This document shows, one piece after another, positions 41,532 to 51,799 of a stretch of 64,000 nt of DNA. Origin of the DNA: Deltaproteobacteria bacterium (GTDB lineage: Bacteria; Desulfobacterota; Desulfomonilia; UBA1062); NCBI GenBank assembly GCA_011046135.1, contig DSBG01000092.1:11034-75033 (forward strand), in the 5' to 3' direction. Both the position numbers and the translations under genes were made by a program. The first letter of the stretch is position 1. Each line of letters opens with the position of its first letter. The notes under the pieces were generated by a model. That model made no database searches. It was not told where the DNA came from and saw only the letters and a list, made by a program, of their open reading frames with translations.

Positions 41532-42588
41532 CTGGGGTCTCCTCCTGACCACCTATTCCATCGTGGCCATCGGGCTGCTCTCCCTGTACAGCGCGACGGA
41601 AGTCACAACCATGACCATCTTCTTCAAACAGCTCATCTGGATTGCCATCGGAACAGGCTTCCTGTTTGTTGCCTTCTTCCTGGATTATCGGGTCTATCTC
41701 CGGTCTGCATGGGTCATCTACTTCTGTGTGCTCGCCAGCCTCATACTGGTTCTCTTCATCGGCAGGGATATATCTGGCGCCAGGCGGTGGATCAGCCTGG
41801 GTCCAGTCGGGATCCAACCTTCTGAGCTCGCCAAAATCACCCTCATCATCTGGATCGGATTCTTGGGAGAGACCAAGAAGCACATCTCAGAATTCGGCTT
41901 CAGGGAACTCATCATTCCTGCAGGAATCATCCTTGTCCCCACAGGGCTCATCCTTGCTCAGCCGGATCTCGGGACAGCCTGCATGGTACTGTTCATTTCC
42001 CTGATAATGCTCCTGCTGCTGGGGATCAGGAAATCAACGGTTCTCTCCCTGGGAGCGATCTTTCTTTCGGCCCTTCCCTTTCTGTGGCTCTTGCTGAAAG
42101 ACTATCAGCGCAAGCGGATTCTCTCCTTCTTCGATCCTTCCCGGGATCCCCTGGGGAGCGGATACCATGCGATACAGTCAAAGATCGCCGTGGGTTCGGG
42201 TGGATTGTACGGCAAGGGACTTTTTCAGGGTACACAGACCCAGTTGCGCTTTCTCCCCGAACACCATACGGACTTCATCTACTCCGTGGTCGCAGAGGAA
42301 TGGGGATTTATCGGCTCTGCCGTAGTCATCATCCTGTACATCATTCTCATCACCAAGATCATATCCATCGGTCTGAAGGCAAAAGACAGGTTTGGTGCCC
42401 TGTTGTGCATGGGAATTGCCGCATACTTCACCCTTCACGCCGCCATCAACATCGGCATGACCATCGGGGTGTTCCCCGTTGTGGGAGTGCCCCTGCCCTT
42501 CATAAGCTATGGTGGATCTTTCATGGTGGTGAGCCTCTTCTGTATCGGGGTAGTGCTCAATGTATTCTGGAGGAGACACATCTTTTGA
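41497..42588 (+). CDS. mrdB: peptidoglycan glycosyltransferase RodA (SEDS family)
   Basis: A 363-aa, roughly 10-transmembrane SEDS protein with the conserved GSGGLYGKG…PEHHTDFIY region. Confidence 0.85.
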   Translation: MSRYAKITGNIDWGLLLTTYSIVAIGLLSLYSATEVTTMTIFFKQLIWIAIGTGFLFVAFFLDYRVYLRSAWVIYFCVLASLILVLFIGRDISGARRWISLGPVGIQPSELAKITLIIWIGFLGETKKHISEFGFRELIIPAGIILVPTGLILAQPDLGTACMVLFISLIMLLLLGIRKSTVLSLGAIFLSALPFLWLLLKDYQRKRILSFFDPSRDPLGSGYHAIQSKIAVGSGGLYGKGLFQGTQTQLRFLPEHHTDFIYSVVAEEWGFIGSAVVIILYIILITKIISIGLKAKDRFGALLCMGIAAYFTLHAAINIGMTIGVFPVVGVPLPFISYGGSFMVVSLFCIGVVLNVFWRRHIF

Positions 42589-42589
42589 T

Positions 42590-42612
42590 GGGTTACAGGG
42601 AGCGGGTAACCC
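42590..42612. terminator. GC-rich hairpin between the convergent rodA and MBL-hydrolase genes (candidate bidirectional terminator)
   Basis: GGGTTAC-agggagcgg-GTAACCC gives a 7-bp stem. It has no U-tract, so it is only a weak terminator candidate. Confidence 0.3.
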
Positions 42613-42646
42613 TCCTCGGATCCTCAGGTGACGGAGGTTGCGTGAA

Positions 42647-43582
42647 TCAGCTCTTCAGCATGAACCCGTCTTCTGATTCGATCACCCGGCTGTCATCGAT
42701 AAGCCTTTGAAGATGCTTGATGATCATCTGTTCCTCCCCATATCTCAGGATGAGATCACCCACGGAATGGTCTGTTCCATAGAACGGTGATCTGTCCACG
42801 AGGGATGTCAGGTTAACGGGCTTATTTCTGGGGATACAGTGGCAGAGGATACTGTTACGCGCCTCAAAGATCGAGGCGTATGACTCCAGGCGCTTGCTGA
42901 CATAGGGGCCTTTGACAGGTCTGGCATGGGAGGAGAAGTATGTCGTCACCGGCATCGTTGACGCCTGTTCGATGGATTTCCTGAACGTGGGAATGTCTGA
43001 TTCCCTGTGACCATACCAGGGCCCAAAGGGACTCAGGTCGATATCGAAGCCGAGCAGGATCTTTTCATCGGGTTCATAGAAGCAGTAGTGATCAAGCAGG
43101 TGTCCCGGACTGTGCACCGCGATGAATCTCAGCGACCCCGTAATCACCTCCCGACCGTGGGAAAAGCTCTCACTGAGGGAAAAATCCCTGAAGCCGGTGA
43201 CGGGAAGGTAGCGTTCTCTCCACAGAGCAGCGAGTTCTGTTCCCACGAATCTGTATCCGAGCAATTCCGCGCTGGAAATGCTATCCGAGCACTCTTTGGG
43301 AACAAGAATCCCGGGATCGCAGAGCTCCTGCAGCAACCAGTTTCCCGCTGTATGGTCAGGGTGGGAATGGGAATTGACGACGAGATCTATGCCGCACGTT
43401 CTGATCACCGTTTCCAAGACATCCAGACCACACCCCGAATCAAAAAGGACATGCGCTGTATCCAGGATGAGAAACGAATGGGAAAAGGGGGATCTTCCCC
43501 TGTTTTTTCCGTGAATGACATGAATCTTTTCCGAAATGCTTGTTACCCGTATTCCGGATTTTGTAAGCATGTCGATTCCCAT
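42647..43582 (-). CDS. MBL-fold metallo-hydrolase
   Basis: The HxHxDH motif (NSHSHPDHTAGN) and downstream His/Asp ligands. Confidence 0.7.
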   Translation of the reverse strand: MGIDMLTKSGIRVTSISEKIHVIHGKNRGRSPFSHSFLILDTAHVLFDSGCGLDVLETVIRTCGIDLVVNSHSHPDHTAGNWLLQELCDPGILVPKECSDSISSAELLGYRFVGTELAALWRERYLPVTGFRDFSLSESFSHGREVITGSLRFIAVHSPGHLLDHYCFYEPDEKILLGFDIDLSPFGPWYGHRESDIPTFRKSIEQASTMPVTTYFSSHARPVKGPYVSKRLESYASIFEARNSILCHCIPRNKPVNLTSLVDRSPFYGTDHSVGDLILRYGEEQMIIKHLQRLIDDSRVIESEDGFMLKS

Positions 43583-43686
43583 GACTATGTGACACTATAG
43601 ATGGTCATCTCTCCGAGGTCAAGAAGTCACGAGATCTGGACCACTGGTTGAACTCCGATGAGTTTCAGGGTAGTAACAGGGTGTAT

Positions 43687-44058
43687 ATGAAGCTCCGTCT
43701 CACAGGACCTGATATCATCCTCATCAGTACCATCTTGGCGGCTTCACTCCTCTGGGCTGCAGTCCTGAACCGCAGTGACAATGACGATCTTGTGGTTGCC
43801 TATTATACCAGAGAGGGTCTCCAGCAGGAACTCTCCCTGGATGTTGATACCCGTATACATCTTCCTGGTCCCCTCGGGAAGAGCATTGTCGAGACCTCAC
43901 GGGGAACCGTCCGTATGCTGTCTTCACCCTGTCCCAACAAACTCTGCATTCATATGGGGGTAATCTCTGGGGCGCATGAGAGCATTATTTGTATCCCAAA
44001 CCGGGTCCATGTGCTGATTCGTTCCAAGAAGCAGGCTGTCGACTCCATTACCTACTGA
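43687..44058 (+). CDS. hypothetical protein with an N-terminal transmembrane segment and a C-terminal Cys-containing beta domain (NusG-domain-II-like?)
   Basis: A 123-aa ORF with motifs …SPCPNKLCIHMG… and …ICIPNRV…. The family assignment is tentative. Confidence 0.35.
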   Translation: MKLRLTGPDIILISTILAASLLWAAVLNRSDNDDLVVAYYTREGLQQELSLDVDTRIHLPGPLGKSIVETSRGTVRMLSSPCPNKLCIHMGVISGAHESIICIPNRVHVLIRSKKQAVDSITY

Positions 44059-44273
44059 TACTGCTCGAAAAATACAGCTGTAGCCTCCTCGTACATCTTT
44101 TAATGGGTTCGGCTTACGAGCGGTTCTGCAGGATCATACTATCTGACGACACAGTGATGGGAGAGCAGTCAATCTATTGACGATATGGACGAGGGAGAAC
44201 CTTCAGCATCAGGTAGCGTTCTGTGTGGCCCAGTAACCAAATAAAATCACATGGCAATTTCTTGAATGGTATG

Positions 44274-44290
44274 CTGGCATTCTTCCTGCA
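44274..44290 (+). promoter_or_regulatory. sigma-54-like promoter candidate upstream of the orphan REC gene
   Basis: TGGCAT-tcttc-cTGCA has GG and GC at correct spacing, but the leader to the ATG at 44427 is long (about 125 nt). Confidence 0.3.
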
Positions 44291-44426
44291 GAAGAGGATG
44301 CATAGGGAGAGCGCTATCATGGAGCAGGGTGATCGTGTGCTTGCGTGAAATGATCCTGATCACGGCAGGCAGGTACTATGAGGGGCGTGTGTATGTATTG
44401 GAGCAGAAACGAGAGGGAGAGGTGAT

Positions 44427-44822
44427 ATGAGAAAAATACTCTTGGTGGAGGATGACGAGCTTCTTCAGGTGCTCATCAGGGATGAGCTCATGGATGAGGG
44501 GTATGAGGTCGTGACGGCACGCAACGGAATCGAGGCCATGTCTCTCTTGACAAACAGCGGACATAAAGAGCCGGATCTCATCATTATGGACATCCGTATG
44601 CCGAAGATGGACGGGATCGATACCATGGGTCATATTCTCAAGTCACGTCTCGAAAAGCCTGTAATCATCCATTCAGCCTATTCCGGATACAGGGAAAACC
44701 CGCTGACAATGGCTGCTGACGCATACCTCGTAAAATCGCATGACTTCTCACAGCTCAAGGCTACCGTCTGCGAGCTCCTGGATGCCAGGAGAGACGAGCC
44801 CCTTTCCGCCGGGGTTGCGTGA
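44427..44822 (+). CDS. single-domain response regulator (CheY-like receiver)
   Basis: A 131-aa protein with the acidic pocket (VEDDE), a phospho-acceptor Asp in IIMDIRMP and a conserved Lys near the C-terminus. Confidence 0.8.
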   Translation: MRKILLVEDDELLQVLIRDELMDEGYEVVTARNGIEAMSLLTNSGHKEPDLIIMDIRMPKMDGIDTMGHILKSRLEKPVIIHSAYSGYRENPLTMAADAYLVKSHDFSQLKATVCELLDARRDEPLSAGVA

Positions 44823-45208
44823 GAAACAGTCACGAGCCCCGGGGGCATCTGCTCACTTTAGTACCACTCAGGTGCCACGGTGAGGGATTCCGGTAACCAG
44901 GCGGTGAGGCGCTTCGTTCCCAAACCTCTTCAGCGACCAGGAGATTGCCCAGGATCGTGACTATGGTGAACGAGAGGAACATTTGGCGCTTGATCATTTT
45001 CACCAGAGAATGCATGGTTGCTCCAGGGAACATCTTTTTGAGGAAAAGATGGGGTCGAAGGGGGCTTTTTCTGCTCTGCCGGTGATGTCGCATGTTGAGC
45101 TCCTGCCATGAACCCTCCTGCAGGAGGAGACACCTCGAGGTCGTGGTGTCCAAGGGAACATCCATTTCTGGGGTGGAAGAGATTTTCACGCTCCCCGGAG
45201 GATAGACT

Positions 45209-45787
45209 ATGGATAAAGAACTGAGCAAAGATCAAGGCCGCCAGCTGGTGGCCCTCGCACGAAGGACCCTCGAAGAACGGTTCGGCATGGAAGGGAAAAC
45301 CCCGTCTTCCTCATCTATTCAAAGAGATGAAGCGCTTCAGGAAAGAAAGGGAACGTTTATCACCCTGTCTGAGAAGGGACAGTTGCGGGGATGCATCGGA
45401 AGCCTTGAGGCCAGGGAATCCCTTCTCGATGGTGTCAGGCGCAATGCCCTCAATGCCGCGTTCCATGACCCGCGATTCAGGGCTCTCTCACCTGATGAGC
45501 TCGACAGGGTGCAGATTGAAGTCAGTATTCTGTCACAACCCATACCCCTGATGTATACCGACAGTTCTGACCTGCTTTCAAAACTGACGCCTGGTCAGGA
45601 TGGAGTCATCATCAGCCTCGGTTCTGCCTCGGCGACCTTTCTTCCCCAGGTATGGGAACAGCTCCCTGACAAGGAGGTTTTTCTCTCCAACCTGTGCAGG
45701 AAAGCAGGCCTTTCCTCTGACGCATGGAGAAACAGGAATCTCGAGGTCTTCACGTATCGGGTTCAATCTTTTAAAGAGACGGACTGA
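45209..45787 (+). CDS. AMMECR1-domain protein (second paralog)
   Basis: It carries LRGCIGSL and DPRF motifs and is co-linear with the 16648 paralog. Confidence 0.8.
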   Translation: MDKELSKDQGRQLVALARRTLEERFGMEGKTPSSSSIQRDEALQERKGTFITLSEKGQLRGCIGSLEARESLLDGVRRNALNAAFHDPRFRALSPDELDRVQIEVSILSQPIPLMYTDSSDLLSKLTPGQDGVIISLGSASATFLPQVWEQLPDKEVFLSNLCRKAGLSSDAWRNRNLEVFTYRVQSFKETD

Positions 45788-45895
45788 TCACTTCACCCAG
45801 GTTGTTGCCGAAGGTCTCTCCCCGTATCAGCTTCTGTTTTCTCGGCTGTCCGTGATCATGCCCGGGATGCGTGCATCATCAAGGGCCGTGTGAGC

Positions 45896-46057
45896 CTAGT
45901 TTGGTGACGAGACGGCGTCTTTGTAGATGATGTACAGAGAAATACCCACCAGCAGTGCTCCAATGGCCAGGCTCATGGCATCGCTTCTTAGGATGCCGTA
46001 GATGAAGTCGGCGATACCGATGACCATGAAAAGGAGTGGTATCAGGAAGCGTTTCAT
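45896..46057 (-). CDS. small two-helix membrane protein, hypothetical
   Basis: A 53-aa hydrophobic ORF (MKRFLIPLLFMVIGIADFIYGIL…). It has weak support. Confidence 0.25.
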   Translation of the reverse strand: MKRFLIPLLFMVIGIADFIYGILRSDAMSLAIGALLVGISLYIIYKDAVSSPN

Positions 46058-46253
46058 CGAGGATATCCCCCGTGGGAAACCCGACAGGAACTCTGCCGGG
46101 TCGGCACCCAACGACAGCGAGGAGGGTGAACCTCTTTTCTGCAGAGGGTGAGGATCGCACTGCGATCGATCACGACTTCTTTTGGCTGATTCACGGCATT
46201 CTTCCCATCATCTCTGTGCCGAAAGCCTTCGCGCGACGTTATTCCAGGCATTT

Positions 46254-47720
46254 TCACCCGATCTGGTCTCCCTTCTCGATCCCGCACAGTTCTTTTGCGA
46301 TTTTCTGCTTGTGCTTCATGTTGATCAGCCGGCTGATCATGATGCGCTGGGCCTGCGGAGAGCCTGCCCCGTGCATGGACTCGGTCAGGTACCCCACAGC
46401 GGCAGTTCCCATTGTGATATTCTCGATGAGCCGTAGAATCCGCGCCCGATGCTCGGTGGGGATGTCGGCCCTTGTCCTGTAGTACTTCTTTACCCACCTT
46501 CCGACCTCCGGTGAGTCAAAATCAGCGGCCGAGGGCAGGGTGACCAGCAGGCCACCAGCGACGTCCTGGGCAAGGCGCGCGAGTTCATAGGGAAATCTCG
46601 TCACGTTCTGCTTGTGGACATTCGCCAGCAGCACATCCACCAGGTAGGTTCCGCTCGGCTCCCGGTGACCTTCTGCAGCACAGGCAATGCACCCGCAGAA
46701 GAGCGTCTCGTTGAGGTGATTCATTTCAACGATCTTGTCCTTGATATGGGATGCCCTGTGTGCCCCGTTGTACTCTGCGATGGTCTGGGTCGCGCCGATG
46801 AGCACGTCGCCAACGCCCACCTTGCATGCATAGCTCTGTCGGTGATAAGCGGCGAAGTTTTCCACGAGCTGGGTGGTGAAGTCATATTCCTTGTACATAA
46901 ATACGCGCTCCCAGGGAACGAAGACCTTGTCGAACACCACGAGGGCCTCGTGGCCACCGTAGAAGAGGTTGCCGCGATCAAAGGTCATACCTTCGAGTTT
47001 TCTCGTGTCGCAGGACTGGCGGCCCAGGATGTAGGTGAGCCCTTCTGTATCGCTGGGCAGTGCAAAGGAGATGGCATAATCTCTGTCCTCCTCCCTCATG
47101 GTGAGGGTGGGCATGACGATGATTTCATGCGAGTTGACTGCGCCAGTCTGGTGGGCCTTGGCGCCACTGACCACGATCCCGTCCGGCCGCTCTTCGACCA
47201 CATGTACGAAGACATCTTCATCAAGCTGCTTGCTCGGGGCGACTGACCGGTCTCCCTTGGGGTCGGTCATGGCGCCGTCACAGGTCAGATCGTTCTCCTG
47301 AACATACTCGAGATACTTCAGGAATCGCCCGTAGTACTCCGTCCCATACCTGGCATCGATGGCATGGGTGGTGATGGACAGGGAATTCATGGCGTCCATA
47401 CCCACACACCTCTGGAAGCAGCAGGCAGTCTGTGAACCCAGGAGCCTGCCCATTTTACTCTTTTTTACCAGGTCATCCCTGTTCTGGTGGATGTGGGTGA
47501 ACCGGTTGATCTTTTTTCCCGTGAGGTGTGATCGTGTGGTCATGATGTCTTCGTATTCAGGCCTGTGCGCCAGTTCATAGGTGGCCGCCACCGCATTCAT
47601 GGATGGCCTGATGATGGGATTGTCCACCACGTTCTCAACCCTTTTTCCAAACAGGTACACCTTCAACTGAAGCTTTCTCAGACTCTCCTCGTACTGTTTC
47701 GCATTCATGAGACTGTTCAT
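46254..47720 (-). CDS. abfD: 4-hydroxybutyryl-CoA dehydratase/vinylacetyl-CoA isomerase-like (HpaB/AbfD family flavo-FeS enzyme)
   Basis: The N-terminus MNSLMNAKQYEESLRKLQLKVYLFGKRVENVVDNPIIRPSMN resembles the Clostridium aminobutyricum AbfD N-terminus. There is an early Cys cluster (…ACCFQRC…) and a later His/Cys, consistent with the [4Fe-4S] ligands. Confidence 0.7.
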   Translation of the reverse strand: MNSLMNAKQYEESLRKLQLKVYLFGKRVENVVDNPIIRPSMNAVAATYELAHRPEYEDIMTTRSHLTGKKINRFTHIHQNRDDLVKKSKMGRLLGSQTACCFQRCVGMDAMNSLSITTHAIDARYGTEYYGRFLKYLEYVQENDLTCDGAMTDPKGDRSVAPSKQLDEDVFVHVVEERPDGIVVSGAKAHQTGAVNSHEIIVMPTLTMREEDRDYAISFALPSDTEGLTYILGRQSCDTRKLEGMTFDRGNLFYGGHEALVVFDKVFVPWERVFMYKEYDFTTQLVENFAAYHRQSYACKVGVGDVLIGATQTIAEYNGAHRASHIKDKIVEMNHLNETLFCGCIACAAEGHREPSGTYLVDVLLANVHKQNVTRFPYELARLAQDVAGGLLVTLPSAADFDSPEVGRWVKKYYRTRADIPTEHRARILRLIENITMGTAAVGYLTESMHGAGSPQAQRIMISRLINMKHKQKIAKELCGIEKGDQIG

Positions 47721-48354
47721 AAGGAATGCTCCTTTTGTATTCCCATGCCGTTCATTCAACATGGTCATCTCGCCCTGAGATGAACATACCGTAAAACGAA
47801 GGCTGGCTTCTCTCTCCAGCGTTTTCCGTCCACTGTCTTTCTGTACTACAAAACCGCGAAGGCTGAAAGCGCCTTCCTCAGATTCAATGAGATCACCCGG
47901 GATACCTCTATCCGGTGCACAGAGATAATGAGAGAGATAGAGCCCTGTTTCGAAATATTTTTTGGTGCAGACTCTTCGCGGGGCAGTTCGGATACGTACG
48001 TTCGCTGCAGTCCACGGGAACGTGCAGAGATGAGAACCTTCCCTCTCTTGACAGGATTACGGGGAAGTGGCTAGGTGTTTTTAGAGCAGAAGACCAGTCT
48101 GAATTGGTAGAGTCAGTGACACCTCTGATGAAAAGGGAGGCTGTGCCCCTGCGCCATGGCTCGAGATCATGGCATTCGTTCCGCTGGAAGCAGAGAGCAT
48201 GGACAAATCAGAAGGATTGAGAGTTGGCTTTGATTCGTAACACAGCAGTTCTCAGATCTTTACTCGTTTATCTGCCCCTTGCTGAGGATGAGCCAATCTT
48301 CTCCAGGAGGAGCCTTTCAGGAGATCTTTCCATAACTTCCCTGCCGAGGAACCC

Positions 48355-49734
48355 ATGATTGAAAGCGTCGTCATTGGAGCGTACCTGGTGGGCATGCTTG
48401 CAATCGGTCTTGTGAGTTTCGGCAAGATCAGGAACATAGCGAGTTTCTATGTGGGTGACAGGTCGGGAACGACGTCACTCGTGAGCGGCTCTCTCCTTGC
48501 AACAATTGTGGGAGGATCCAGCACGTTAGGCCTAGTGGGACTGGGATACAGCAGAGGGCTCGTCGGGGCCTGGTGGATGCTCGTCGGGGCGGGAGGATTG
48601 CTGGTGCTCTCATTCTGGCTTTCAGGAAAAGTTCGATCCTATGAAGTCTACACCCTGCCGGAAATCCTGAAGGCACAGTATGGGAGTGAGGCCGTCAAGG
48701 TGATCGCCTCCCTGCTCATTTCTCTGGCTTGGATCGGGATCATCGCTGCACAGATCATCGCCGGTGGCAAGATCCTCACAACCCTGTGGGCGGTCGATCT
48801 CGAGATATCCATGATGCTCATCTCGGCGGTCTGCATTCTCTACACCACTCTGGGGGGGCAGTACTCCATCCTGAAGACCGATTTCATCCAGTTAATCATC
48901 ATTCTGGCCGGGGTCTTCATCTGTCTGGTATTCAGTCTCGTGAACGCAGGAGGCATAGCGTCCATGGCGGCGAACCTTCCCCCGGGCCATCTCTCATTTC
49001 CGACATCGCCAACGTTTTCTGTTCATGACCTCGTGCTCTTTTGTCTCTTTGTCGGAACCACCTTTATCGTGGGCCCCGATATCTATTCCCGTCTCTTCTG
49101 TGCCCGGTCACAGGGGGTTGCACGTCGAGCGAGCCTTGTGGCGGCGCTTATCATGATTCCCCTGGCTTTTTCTCTTGCCCTGATAGGGATGTCCGCACGG
49201 ATCATGCTTCCCGAAGTGCCCCCCGAGAGTGCATTCCCATCCCTTGTCATGTTCCTGCTGCCGACTGGGCTCAATGCCCTGGTAATTGCGGCCCTGCTCG
49301 CCGCCGTCATGTCTTCGGCAGACACCTGCCTGCTCACCACGAGCATGATGATCACAGCCGATGTAATCCAGCCGTTGCTCGGGAAAGAGCTTTCAGATAC
49401 GAAGCTCATCTTTCTTTCCCGGGTGGTGATACTGATTATTGGAATCCTTTCCCTTGCCATCGCGATGGATGCACGCGGGATTATCAGCTCCCTGCTGCTC
49501 GCCTACACAGTTTATTCAGGCGGACTGTTCATTCCCGTTGTTTTCGGGTTCTATGCTCACACCATGAGACTGCATCACTTCGGCGCTCTCCTCGCGGTAA
49601 TCAGCGGCGGTGGTCTTGCCCTGTTTCTCACGCTCTCTTCACGTGACGACCTGCTCCTGCTGTGTTTCCCGGTTTCAGTCGCCTCACTCATTGCAGGGAG
49701 CTTTTTCGGCAGGTATTTCTCCAGCAGGAGATGA
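48355..49734 (+). CDS. sodium:solute symporter family (SSF) transporter
   Basis: A 459-aa protein with roughly 13 transmembrane segments and SSF-like N-terminal segments (…FYVGDRSGTTSLVSGSLLATIVGGSSTLGLVG…). Confidence 0.8.
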   Translation: MIESVVIGAYLVGMLAIGLVSFGKIRNIASFYVGDRSGTTSLVSGSLLATIVGGSSTLGLVGLGYSRGLVGAWWMLVGAGGLLVLSFWLSGKVRSYEVYTLPEILKAQYGSEAVKVIASLLISLAWIGIIAAQIIAGGKILTTLWAVDLEISMMLISAVCILYTTLGGQYSILKTDFIQLIIILAGVFICLVFSLVNAGGIASMAANLPPGHLSFPTSPTFSVHDLVLFCLFVGTTFIVGPDIYSRLFCARSQGVARRASLVAALIMIPLAFSLALIGMSARIMLPEVPPESAFPSLVMFLLPTGLNALVIAALLAAVMSSADTCLLTTSMMITADVIQPLLGKELSDTKLIFLSRVVILIIGILSLAIAMDARGIISSLLLAYTVYSGGLFIPVVFGFYAHTMRLHHFGALLAVISGGGLALFLTLSSRDDLLLLCFPVSVASLIAGSFFGRYFSSRR

Positions 49735-49921
49735 GCAGTGCTCTGGAAAACAACGGCTCACTAGCAGGAATCGGCACCTGGTTCCCAGTTTCTGTTTTTC
49801 GTGTCAACCTGTGGTGGTTTGTGGATACCGGATGATTTTTCTGCTGTTGAGAATACTCATTACGAGAGCGTGGACTCTGGGCAGCATACAGAAACTCTTT
49901 TCCCGGCCCGCCTCGAAGAAA

Positions 49922-51589
49922 TCATGGGGTTCCACGTTTGAGGCGTCTCTTGTTCGAATATGCGGTGATACGTGAGATCAGTTCTTTTCGTCTGGCTTCC
50001 AGGGAGGTGTTCCCCGAGAGGTAGAGCTGGAGGAAGGAGCATCTGATTTCCTCGGGCAGGACTCTTTCCAGGGACACGTTGAGATAACTCAGGTTTTTTG
50101 CGATGAGGTACAGACTTGGATAGCGTACCCGGTGCAATCTGTCCAGGTCGATGAGATAGATTTGATCATCGCCTATGAGTAGATTCTCGGCCTTGAAATC
50201 CGTGTGGACGATACCCATTTCATGGATACCCCTGACAAATTGTGCAATTCTCGGGAGAGAAGTTCCTACACACGACGTATCCTTGAGGTATGTTGCAAGG
50301 TCAGGGGCATGGACGTATCTCGTTGCCAGATACGATGAGAGGAGAACTCCACAGAACCTCTTTTCGCAGGAGAACAGGACATCGGGGGTGGCAATCCCGA
50401 GCTCCTCGAGCATGAGTGATGCCTCGAACGCCCGTCGTGCTCTGCTCTTCCTGAAGAGATTCTTCAGACTGTCTCTGATTCCCTTGTAGTTGTACCTTTT
50501 CAAGAAGATAGTCTCTGCTCCGAGCTGACCGCACTTGACAAGGGAGGTTTTTGAACGGTTCACCACCGTGGTGCTGAAGGTCTCCATGAAACGATCAGGA
50601 TCGTGAACCTCGGCAGGGATTGATGTTTTGGGCTTGAGATACCAGGTATACCTATTTGCGAAGTGGAACCCATGTTTTCTCGGGCACGGTTCCATTCCCC
50701 AGCTCCGGGGCTGTCCGAGGAGATGCCACAGGAGAAGGGAACATGATTTTCTGAGTCTGTCCTTGAAGGCCGGGTTGTATGCCATGAAGAGGTGTCCCAG
50801 GCTTTCGAAGAAGAGCTTCGCTATCGTGAGTCCATACAGAGCGAAATACTGACATGATCCCTTGTGCTTGCGGAAAAATCGGAAGAGGGAACGGTGAAAT
50901 TCCACATTTCTCCTGAGATTGGCTTTTTTCGCGGTGACACCTTGGTGGTGCACGACCGATAGGTGGGGGAGGTGCCACACCTCGAAACCTCTGTCACGGG
51001 CACGTTTGCAGAGATCTGTCTCTTCAAGGTAGAAAAAAAAGCCTTCATCCAGCATCCCGATGAGATCGAAGAGCTGTCGCTTGATCATCATACATGCGCC
51101 GATCACGGAGGGCACTTCAACAGACCGGGTGAATCCCGAACGCTTGCTGGGATACAGGCGTGGGAACAGGATTTTGAGCAAGGATTTGTTTACCACCTGT
51201 GTGAAGAGGTTCGGGATCACATCCACGGAATTTTGGAGCCTTCCATCAGGGAAGACGAGTTGAGGACCGCAGATCATGCAGCGTGGATTCTCCGAAAGAA
51301 AATTTTCCATGGGGGTGATACAGTCGGAGGAAAGGACGGCATCGGAATTCAGGAGCAAAACTACATCTCCCTTTGCCCGTATGAGTCCTCGGTTCACGGC
51401 ACGCGCGAAACCCAAGTTCCTGCCGTTTTCGATGATGGTCACGGAAACATCATTGTCTGGCAGGAGAGCATCCGGAGCATTGTTTACCAGAATAATCTCG
51501 TAGGCACACCTCACGTGGGTTTTCAGCGAGGAAAGGCACTGGTCAAGAAGCTCGTCATGACCCATGGTAACGATGATGATGCTGACCAT
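49922..51589 (-). CDS. fusion protein: family-2 glycosyltransferase (N-terminal) plus a Kdo/WaaP-family lipopolysaccharide kinase domain (C-terminal)
   Basis: A GT-A fold (SIIIVTMGHDE…LLNSDAV…) is followed by a kinase domain with …FLKRYNY… and the catalytic HTDFKAENLLI…IDLDR motifs. Confidence 0.7.
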   Translation of the reverse strand: MVSIIIVTMGHDELLDQCLSSLKTHVRCAYEIILVNNAPDALLPDNDVSVTIIENGRNLGFARAVNRGLIRAKGDVVLLLNSDAVLSSDCITPMENFLSENPRCMICGPQLVFPDGRLQNSVDVIPNLFTQVVNKSLLKILFPRLYPSKRSGFTRSVEVPSVIGACMMIKRQLFDLIGMLDEGFFFYLEETDLCKRARDRGFEVWHLPHLSVVHHQGVTAKKANLRRNVEFHRSLFRFFRKHKGSCQYFALYGLTIAKLFFESLGHLFMAYNPAFKDRLRKSCSLLLWHLLGQPRSWGMEPCPRKHGFHFANRYTWYLKPKTSIPAEVHDPDRFMETFSTTVVNRSKTSLVKCGQLGAETIFLKRYNYKGIRDSLKNLFRKSRARRAFEASLMLEELGIATPDVLFSCEKRFCGVLLSSYLATRYVHAPDLATYLKDTSCVGTSLPRIAQFVRGIHEMGIVHTDFKAENLLIGDDQIYLIDLDRLHRVRYPSLYLIAKNLSYLNVSLERVLPEEIRCSFLQLYLSGNTSLEARRKELISRITAYSNKRRLKRGTP

Positions 51590-51799
51590 CTGGCTCACCT
51601 TTAAAGAGAAATGCCCGGTTCTGCGGGTGAACGAAGAACAGCGCCGAGATCTCGGAATCATGTTCAGGGCGTATGCCGTGGCACGCTCCTCTGGTTCTGG
51701 TGATCGGCCTGCACTTCAAATTCTTACCTATACGATATTTTTTGGGATGCCAAGTGAAAGAAAGGACCTTGGATTTTGACATGGGATCAAGTTGTGGTA

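Noticed and set aside
47915-48220. A 101-aa ORF in the abfD/symporter intergenic region
   Set aside because: It has no RBS, an odd amino-acid composition and sits in a probable divergent promoter region. It is probably not coding.
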